This document shows positions 45,199 through 50,995 of a stretch of 50,995 nt of DNA, piece by piece. The notes beneath the pieces are model-generated. The model had not been told where the DNA came from. It saw only the letters and a program-made list of their open reading frames with translations, and ran no database searches. Made by a program: the position numbers and the translations under genes. The first letter of the stretch is position 1; every line of letters starts with the position of its first letter. The stretch comes from a virus. The DNA lies in the IMG/VR virus record IMGVR_UViG_3300000976_000137, positions 1-50,995 of that record; one strand, 5' to 3'.

Positions 45199-46491
45199 AT
45201 GCAAAATTCACAAACCTTGCTAAGTGCCTATTACCAAGAATGGGCATTTGTCTATGGTCGTAAATTCTTACTCGCAATCCTTGCCTTTGGCTCGGTACTC
45301 GTTACCCACATGATAGGCGCACATATCGGCAAGCTCCTATTCCCTATCCTACCGCTTATGCTACTACTGACCAAAGTTTTCTTTGTCGCAATGGGCTGGG
45401 CTGGCATAGATTGGGTATTGGCAAACGCTTTAGCCTCTGCATCCAATGTGGACGAGGATGAAAGAACAGGAGAAACAACCACCAATAAACGCCCTGTTTG
45501 GGTGTTTGCCTTGGTCGCATTGGCTTCTACCCTTGCGCTCTCATTGGTTTCTAATTATTTCATTAGTAATCAATTGGCAGGAAAAACGCACCTTTCCGAC
45601 TTTAACCAGATGGTTGAAAAATCAATGGTGCAAGATAGCAGCTTGAAAGCAAAAGCCTTTGCACTTTTAGAAGATGCCCCAAAAACGCAAAATAAGCTCG
45701 TTACAGACGCATTAGCAGAAAAAGGTAGGTTGATAGGGGCAGCAGTCAAATTAGGCTCTCCTAGCTGGAAAAATGACTATTTAAACGGCAAAAACAACCC
45801 GACCGCATTCTTTTGGAAATGCCGCAAATGTCCACAACGCTATAAAAACTATCGAAATGGCATTCTTACCGCTATTGAGCAGGGCAACCAATTGGTGGCA
45901 TCTGCCCGAAATCATCAAAGCTCGATACAGGCTTCGCTCTCCCCCACCCTATCCTATCAGCTTGCCAATGATTCGCTATTACTGGCAGTCAAAACCAATA
46001 CCGAAAAAATGGAAGCCGAGCGCAAAGAACGAGAAAGCCAAATCAACCTCATTCTTTTGTGCATGACATTGGGCTGCGGCATCCTCTCGCTTATCCTCAC
46101 TTACGTTTTACAAGAACACCGCAAAAAATATGGACAACAGGTGATTGAAAATAACGTGCGCCTGTTCATGTTGGCATTTGATGTGGTGACACGTTTTGGT
46201 AACGGTTGCATGGATATTCTTTACACGCTTACCGTTCAGCCGTTCACGTTTATGCAACGCAAAGGCTGGCTTAAACGTTATCAGCTATCCCCTAGTCGTT
46301 ACACGGATAGCTCAACGGATAAGCTTTATAACGGTAGCGTGACGGGTAATGAGTTAACCGTTGAACGTTTATGTATCAAATGCCAAACGGATATATCACA
46401 CAAACGGAGTGATGCTAAATTTTGCGGTGATTCCTGCCGTATGGAATATCATAATTTTGTACCAAATAAACGGAAATTAGTAGAATCGTAA
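45199..46491 (+). CDS. membrane protein with C-terminal zinc-ribbon
   Basis: 430 aa with several TM helices and the C-terminal 'CIKCQTDISHKRSDAKFCGDSCRMEYH'. Confidence 0.6.
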   Translation: MQNSQTLLSAYYQEWAFVYGRKFLLAILAFGSVLVTHMIGAHIGKLLFPILPLMLLLTKVFFVAMGWAGIDWVLANALASASNVDEDERTGETTTNKRPVWVFALVALASTLALSLVSNYFISNQLAGKTHLSDFNQMVEKSMVQDSSLKAKAFALLEDAPKTQNKLVTDALAEKGRLIGAAVKLGSPSWKNDYLNGKNNPTAFFWKCRKCPQRYKNYRNGILTAIEQGNQLVASARNHQSSIQASLSPTLSYQLANDSLLLAVKTNTEKMEAERKERESQINLILLCMTLGCGILSLILTYVLQEHRKKYGQQVIENNVRLFMLAFDVVTRFGNGCMDILYTLTVQPFTFMQRKGWLKRYQLSPSRYTDSSTDKLYNGSVTGNELTVERLCIKCQTDISHKRSDAKFCGDSCRMEYHNFVPNKRKLVES

Positions 46492-46579
46492 CGCATTTGC
46501 TACGGATGGAAAGTAAGTGTTTGTTTATCAGTATTATTACTGATATTTTTTCTTTTAGTCATTTATAAGAATAATGTAA

Positions 46580-46662
46580 AATACAGCAAATTGCTGTATT
46601 TTGCTGTATTGATATTGAATATTTAAAGTTTTATACAGAATTTGCTGTATTATTTCTGTATA
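46580..46662. repeat. TACAG/CTGTA motif cluster B (candidate centromere/par operator), including the palindrome AATACAGCAAATTGCTGTATT
   Basis: The palindrome spans 46580..46600. Further CTGTA and TACAG half-sites sit at spacings of 10..11 bp, directly upstream of the parA promoter. Confidence 0.7.
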
Positions 46663-46667
46663 GAAGC

Positions 46668-46675
46668 TATATTTG
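46668..46675 (+). promoter_or_regulatory. TAnnTTTG -7 box for parA
   Basis: 'tatatttg' lies 32 nt upstream of the TTG at 46708. Confidence 0.4.
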
Positions 46676-46707
46676 TGGTTAAATAATCGAACCTCAAGGA
46701 GGTTACT

Positions 46708-47403
46708 TTGTCACAAAAAAAAGTTATGGTATTATCCGTTACAAATCTAAAGGGGGGAGTAGGAAAGACAACCCTAGCTACTAATATTGCTGTGTATCTC
46801 GTGCATCAAGGGTATGATGTTTGTATTGTTGATACAGATTTAGGACAACAATCTTCAATGGAATGGTCAGGTAATCGTGACGAATCGCTTAAACCTGTTC
46901 CTGTTTTTGGAATTGCCATTAAGCAGCTTAACAAGGAAGTTGAAGGACTAAAGAAACGTTTTGACATCGTTATAATTGACGGTACGCCCCAATTATCAGA
47001 ATTGGCAGATCGTACTATTCTTGCCAGCGATATATTGCTTATTCCGCTTACACCTAGCATTTATGATTTTAGAGGATTTGAGAACTTTCTTGAACGATTT
47101 GAACAAATTAAAGGGGTAAAAGAGGTTAGTGGCAGTCAAGTAGAAGCTTTTGTCGTCTTAAATCGGGTTGTTCCCAATAGTAATGTCAGTAAAGATATTG
47201 AAGAAGCGGTGTCTGAATATGATATTACACTTTTAGAAACTAAGCTCGTTAATCGAGTTGCTTATGTTGATACAGCAACTGACGGCAAAGGGGTAGTTGA
47301 ATATAAAGACCCTAAAGCAAAGAGGGAAATCGAAGCATTGGTGAAAGAAATAAATAATAAAACACAGAATAATGCTGTATTAATACAGAAAATTAAAGCA
47401 TAA
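46708..47403 (+). CDS. parA: ParA/Soj-family partition ATPase
   Basis: 231 aa with the deviant Walker A 'KGGVGKTT'. AGGAGG lies 5 nt upstream of the TTG start. The alternative ATG at 46726 gives the usual 'MVLSVTNLKGGVGKTT' N-terminus. Confidence 0.9.
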   Translation: MSQKKVMVLSVTNLKGGVGKTTLATNIAVYLVHQGYDVCIVDTDLGQQSSMEWSGNRDESLKPVPVFGIAIKQLNKEVEGLKKRFDIVIIDGTPQLSELADRTILASDILLIPLTPSIYDFRGFENFLERFEQIKGVKEVSGSQVEAFVVLNRVVPNSNVSKDIEEAVSEYDITLLETKLVNRVAYVDTATDGKGVVEYKDPKAKREIEALVKEINNKTQNNAVLIQKIKA

Positions 47404-47441
47404 TGCTGTAATATTCATTAACTTTACAGCATTTTTACAGA
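47365..47441. repeat. TACAG/CTGTA motif cluster C
   Basis: Palindrome 'ctgtattaatacag' at 47375..47388. Also 'tgctgta' (47404..47410), 'ttacagc' (47424..47430) and 'ttacag' (47435..47440). Confidence 0.55.
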
Positions 47442-47454
47442 AAAGTATCTAATT

Positions 47455-47685
47455 ATGGCAAAGATTAAACCTCGTATCAAAAAAGACCTAAGCGCTGTAG
47501 AGCAAGAAAAAGCCCTGCAAAAGCTTCAATCACAAGATAAGAAAAAGAAAGTCCAACGAGTTACTGTTGATTTTCCACTTTATATCTATGACCAAGTAAA
47601 GCTAGAAACAGAAGATACTGGGCAAACGATTAAAGGCTTTATTGTAGGGCTAGTCCGAGAACATTTTGCAAAGAAAGATTTATGA
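47455..47685 (+). CDS. small ParG-like ribbon-helix-helix partition protein (tentative centromere binder)
   Basis: 76 aa with a basic N-terminal tail and 'KVQRVTVDFPLYIYDQVKLETEDTGQTIKGFIVGLVREHF' (RHH-like), immediately after parA. Confidence 0.55.
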   Translation: MAKIKPRIKKDLSAVEQEKALQKLQSQDKKKKVQRVTVDFPLYIYDQVKLETEDTGQTIKGFIVGLVREHFAKKDL

Positions 47686-48668
47686 ATTCAGCCCAAGCCA
47701 ATAATATTAACATGCCTGATTTGCTTTCTCGCCTGGGGCATGAACCAACTTCTATCACAAAAGGTGGCAGAGAGTTATGGTATCTTTCCCCTTTACCAGG
47801 CAGGGAAGGAGAGAAAGAAGCTTCTTTTCATATCTCCAGAGGGCGAAAATGGGCGTGGGTATGGAATGATTTTGGCGATATTGGCGGTACGGTGATTGAC
47901 TTTATCATGCGATATAAGGGGTATAATAGAGTTAGAGAAGCTTTAAGCTTTCTCGATAACAACTATCGAGGAAAGGCTCTAATTTCCAATCAGAATAGGG
48001 CAGGGGAGAGTAATACTTATCATCCAAACCTTTTTTCTTCTCACTCGCAAAAAACAAACACTTCTTTAAGTGAAGAGAAGGAATTAGAATTCCTATCGGC
48101 TTATGATATTCAAAATCCCTTGATTTTCTCTTATCTAAGCAAAGAACGCTGCATTCCTAAGGGTTTAGTCAAGAAATACCTTAAAGAGGTCAAATATCGC
48201 AATAAAAGGACAAATAAGGAGTATTTTGCTTTTGGAATGAAAAATGAATCAGGAGGATATGAGATTCGAGCAGCATCTGACAAGTATAAATTTAAATCTG
48301 CCCTTAAATCTCGTGATATTACCGTCATAAAGGGGAGTAAGCCCGAACGACATAGTGTCAATATTTTTGAGGGAATGACGGATTACCTTAGTTTACTCGC
48401 CATGAAGAATGATGAGCAATTTGAAGGAGATGCAATCGTCTTACATTCGCTTTCCTCTTACAAGAAGGCAGCTCAATATCTCAAAGAGCATGATTATAAG
48501 CATATTCATACTTTTCTTGATAATAACCCTTCTGGTGAGAAACACACAAAACGATTTTGTGAGGAATTTGGCGATTTGGTGACTCCTCAAAATCATCTTT
48601 TTGAACGATATGAAGATTTAAACGATGCGCTAAAAGCTAATCAACTATCCAATTACCTTTCTCGTTAA
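47682..48668 (+). CDS. toprim-domain primase-like protein
   Basis: 328 aa. The N-terminus 'PDLLSRLGHEPTS...ELWYLSPL...EASFHIS...WNDFGDIGGTVIDFIM' resembles primase-like proteins of Bacteroidota mobile elements. The C-terminal 'IFEGMTDYLS...FLDNNPSGEK' is toprim-like. The start overlaps the upstream stop (ATGA). Confidence 0.7.
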   Translation: MNSAQANNINMPDLLSRLGHEPTSITKGGRELWYLSPLPGREGEKEASFHISRGRKWAWVWNDFGDIGGTVIDFIMRYKGYNRVREALSFLDNNYRGKALISNQNRAGESNTYHPNLFSSHSQKTNTSLSEEKELEFLSAYDIQNPLIFSYLSKERCIPKGLVKKYLKEVKYRNKRTNKEYFAFGMKNESGGYEIRAASDKYKFKSALKSRDITVIKGSKPERHSVNIFEGMTDYLSLLAMKNDEQFEGDAIVLHSLSSYKKAAQYLKEHDYKHIHTFLDNNPSGEKHTKRFCEEFGDLVTPQNHLFERYEDLNDALKANQLSNYLSR

Positions 48669-48676
48669 AAAATATA

Positions 48677-48721
48677 GTACAGAATATTTACAGCAAATTA
48701 CAGATAAATACAGCAATATGC
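48677..48721. repeat. TACAG motif cluster D: four direct half-sites phased at 11, 10 and 10 bp
   Basis: TACAG occurs at 48678, 48689, 48699 and 48709. Confidence 0.65.
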
Positions 48722-48730
48722 TTTAATTTG

Positions 48731-49009
48731 TTAGTTGAGAGGTTTTCGTGAAGTATGATAGATTCTCAAAACAAAAAGAGTGTTACCCGAAATTTTATAA
48801 ATAATTCGATAAGGTAAACTACCAATTTTTACCTCTTTTGTATCTTTTACTTTACCCATTTTTCCCATTTCGGGTAATTCAACCAAATTGATACAAGCCT
48901 GTTCAAGAGCATGATAGGTACTAGCTGATTTTTTAGGAAAATATTGAGTAAGATAAGTACTGATTTCTCTAAGGTCTTTTTCTGCTTTTGGTACTAATTT
49001 AATTTCCAA
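48731..49009 (-). CDS. ParE/RelE-family type II toxin
   Basis: 92 aa. 'KAEKDLREISTYL...YRIIYKISGNTLFVLRIYHTSRKP'. Overlaps the antitoxin gene by 16 nt. Confidence 0.75.
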   Translation of the reverse strand: MEIKLVPKAEKDLREISTYLTQYFPKKSASTYHALEQACINLVELPEMGKMGKVKDTKEVKIGSLPYRIIYKISGNTLFVLRIYHTSRKPLN

Positions 49010-49236
49010 AATTCGTTCCTTACCCTTTCAAACACTTCTTTGGCTGGCATTGCTAACCCTGCATCTGCTTCTTTGATAGCATCTTCAATGCCTTTGACCC
49101 ATGCGGCATTCATTTCAAGATAATTATCTATCGCTTCCTCCATGATGGCATTACGAGAATAATTTTGTTGTTCAGCAATACCATTCAAGGCTTCTACTTT
49201 ACTTCCATCTAATCGGACACTAACAGTCTGGTGCAT
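48994..49236 (-). CDS. RHH (ParD/CopG-like) antitoxin
   Basis: 80 aa. 'TVSVRLDGSKVEALNGIAEQQNYSRNAIMEEAIDNYLE'. Confidence 0.7.
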   Translation of the reverse strand: MHQTVSVRLDGSKVEALNGIAEQQNYSRNAIMEEAIDNYLEMNAAWVKGIEDAIKEADAGLAMPAKEVFERVRNEFWKLN

Positions 49237-49600
49237 GATATTTAGCCTTTATATTCATTTCTATTCATTATGAATATATCATATATTTATCTAGAAAAGC
49301 AATCGAAATTCATTCTACTGTATTAGCTACTATTTTATCATTCTCCTTTATGCTCATATTTTACAAGTTACGCTGTGAGTGTATTCTTTTGCCAGTCTAT
49401 ACTTCTTGAATGGGGTAAATTTCTTCTTGTGTTCTGCCATCATTTCATCCTTTGTCAATGGCGCAGCCCGTCCGATGGACGGAGTAAACGGATTGCAATT
49501 TTTGCTTGTAAAGAAAAAATATGCTAATCCCTGCTTTTGACAAAGCCTTTCATTCTGGCTTATGAACGACAGAAATTAACCACAACAAGGAGAAGTTAAC

Positions 49601-49996
49601 ATGGCAACTAATAACAGAGTAATTATTGAAGGTAATATGGGTAGTGAAGCTCGCACTATTAAAACTGATACTACTACTTTTGCAGCCGTTTCTATCGCTA
49701 CTACCGATAGCTACAAAGATAAAGATGGTAATTGGCAACAGAATGAACCGATTTGGCATAATATAGTCGCATTCAGTCCAACCGTTATCAAATTATTGGA
49801 AAATCTGAAAGAAGGCGCACGAGTCAAAATTGAAGGTTCACTTTCTTATCGCCCCTTTGATACCAATATGATTAAGGAAGAGACAGGAGAAATCATTGTG
49901 AAAAAAGAGGCTTCAATTGTCGCAAAAACAGTAGAACAAGCCCCTTTGGTTAAGAAAACCAATAAATCAGATTCACAAGAACCAGAAATGGCATAA
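49601..49996 (+). CDS. ssb: single-stranded DNA-binding protein
   Basis: 131 aa. OB-fold pattern 'NRVIIEGNMGSEAR...FAAVSIATTDSYKDKDGNWQQNEPIWHNIVAF...GARVKIEGSLSYRPF'. AGGAGA upstream. Confidence 0.85.
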   Translation: MATNNRVIIEGNMGSEARTIKTDTTTFAAVSIATTDSYKDKDGNWQQNEPIWHNIVAFSPTVIKLLENLKEGARVKIEGSLSYRPFDTNMIKEETGEIIVKKEASIVAKTVEQAPLVKKTNKSDSQEPEMA

Positions 49997-50007
49997 GATA
50001 GAGTGGG

Positions 50008-50040
50008 GGAGGGCTTGCCCTCCTTCCTTCTTCTAATTTT
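50008..50040 (+). terminator. hairpin after ssb
   Basis: 'ggaggg' cttg 'ccctcc' is followed by a T-rich stretch. Confidence 0.45.
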
Positions 50041-50126
50041 AGGAGATTACCATCGTACAAGATAGCTTCATCAAAGGCGCAGAGCGCATCTTAATTAATA
50101 TTTCTGCTAACCTCCCCCTAGATGAA

Positions 50127-50465
50127 ATGCAACCCCAGGCCTTCGATAAAGAAAAATTTCCGCTGCATCTGCATTTGATATTTGCCAAAAAATATCATTA
50201 TCTGGCAGATGAAATGAAAAGCCAATTGAAGCAACAGCCAAAAGACTCTTACCGTTTCCGTAAGAAAACGAATCCCTATGCAGGGGTAGGAGTACATCTT
50301 TATTTCAAAGATGCCGATGCTTTACGTCCGCTTATTCCTTGGCTAAAAAGCAAAGCACTCTATCAAGACAAGGGCTTGGAAGGGGATAAACTTCTTTTAC
50401 CTTTTCAAGTGATGGATGAAGCGAAAGCTGCGATTGAAGAAGTTAAAGGTAGAGCATTAGCTTAA
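50127..50465 (+). CDS. hypothetical protein
   Basis: 112-aa ORF. No family recognised. Confidence 0.5.
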   Translation: MQPQAFDKEKFPLHLHLIFAKKYHYLADEMKSQLKQQPKDSYRFRKKTNPYAGVGVHLYFKDADALRPLIPWLKSKALYQDKGLEGDKLLLPFQVMDEAKAAIEEVKGRALA

Positions 50466-50857
50466 CAAGCAATCGCAGCGTAGCGTTGCATCAATTGAGA
50501 CGCATCATCCAGAAGCTTTATCTTAGGCACAATCTGTTCTTTAGGTTCATCCATAAAGCTACGCTCTTTAAAGACTTGGTTTAACACTTTCCTAAAGCTA
50601 TCCTTATCTTTAAACACACATTCAATGCAACGTACAGGTTCATCGATTGGTATTTCCGTATCGAGGACAAAGCCTTGCTCCTTTGGCAATTCACGAAAGA
50701 TTTTTGCCAAATCCGCAGCAAATGCTTTGCCCTCCGTATCATTGCGAAAAATAACTTCCCAGACAATCGGATAATCATTTGCCTGTTTAAAAGGTTCTTT
50801 CATTTTGTGACTGTCATAGACAGATGTTGTTCCGGTGGTGACTTTAATTTTATCCAT
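50462..50857 (-). CDS. hypothetical protein
   Basis: 131-aa ORF, convergent with the previous gene and overlapping it by 4 nt. Confidence 0.5.
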   Translation of the reverse strand: MDKIKVTTGTTSVYDSHKMKEPFKQANDYPIVWEVIFRNDTEGKAFAADLAKIFRELPKEQGFVLDTEIPIDEPVRCIECVFKDKDSFRKVLNQVFKERSFMDEPKEQIVPKIKLLDDASQLMQRYAAIAC

Positions 50858-50946
50858 TGCTTAACCTCGTTATCATTTACTTTAGCAGCCCCTAGGAGAA
50901 AGTAAAACATTTGGTGAAAAAGGGGCTTTGCCCCCGTTCATTTCGC

Positions 50947-50995
50947 AAAAAATAGTCCTTACCGTGTTGTCGCTTGCGCTCCTGCCCGAACCATA
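50947..50995. repeat. second copy of the 49-nt terminal redundancy
   Basis: Identical to 1..49. Confidence 0.9.

Noticed and set aside
49354-49443. 29-aa minus-strand ORF (MMAEHKKKFTPFKKYRLAKEYTHSVTCKI) with AAGGA upstream, in the 364-nt gap before ssb
   Set aside because: It is too short to support from sequence alone, and no family is recognisable. It could be real but is not reportable as a feature without conservation or ribosome-profiling data.
1-50995. Search for tRNA, rRNA, tmRNA, group II intron/retron reverse transcriptase, and transposase or IS ORFs
   Set aside because: No cloverleaf-like or rRNA-like sequence was noticed in the intergenic regions. No ORF in the track shows RT (YxDD) or DDE-transposase-like motifs that I can recognise. 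The only transposition signature is the ORF-less MITE-like element.

Overview
The first 49 nt (1..49) are identical to the last 49 nt (50947..50995). The window is therefore most simply a complete circular replicon of about 50,946 bp, probably a plasmid of a Bacteroidota host. The phylum call rests on a T9SS-type C-terminal sorting domain, TAnnTTTG-type -7 boxes, and KilA-N, DUF932 and toprim-type mobile-element genes. All family names come from reading the translations; no database was searched.

Backbone:
- Replication: a Rep_3-like initiator (42808..44217, -) with 19-bp iterons 'ACTCAAAAGGTGATAATAA' at 44299..44610.
- Partition: ParA plus a small ribbon-helix-helix (RHH) ParG-like partner (46708..47685), with four clusters of phased TACAG/CTGTA motifs.
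- Maintenance and replication accessory genes: a toprim/primase-like gene, a ParE/RHH toxin-antitoxin (TA) pair, ssb, and a short tyrosine recombinase next to dense palindromes.
- Transfer: a MOBF (TrwC/TraI-like) relaxase-helicase (2104..4839, -) and a separate operon with a VirD4/TraD-like coupling ATPase (6790..8253, -). I recognise no mating-pore genes, so the plasmid looks mobilisable rather than self-transmissible.

Cargo:
- A 2172-aa Sec-signal RHS/YD-repeat polymorphic toxin with a C-terminal HNH nuclease tip and a DUF4265-like immunity gene. It sits 34 nt downstream of a catalytically degenerate M43-like protein carrying a T9SS sorting domain.
- A HigB-like toxin with a HigA-HTH/ImmA-peptidase fusion, and a YegP-like gene.
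- A secreted Cys-rich protein plus a patatin phospholipase fused to a receiver-like domain.
- A 234-bp MITE-like insertion with a 7-bp target duplication.
- An AT-rich operon encoding a LysM-like membrane protein, a 4-TM-anchored small GTPase and a tail-anchored partner.
- An orphan 731-aa protein.

The candidates I rate highest for undescribed biology are the membrane GTPase operon, the RHS/T9SS-pseudoprotease pairing, the patatin-receiver pair and the 731-aa orphan. No rRNA, tRNA or CRISPR array was seen.
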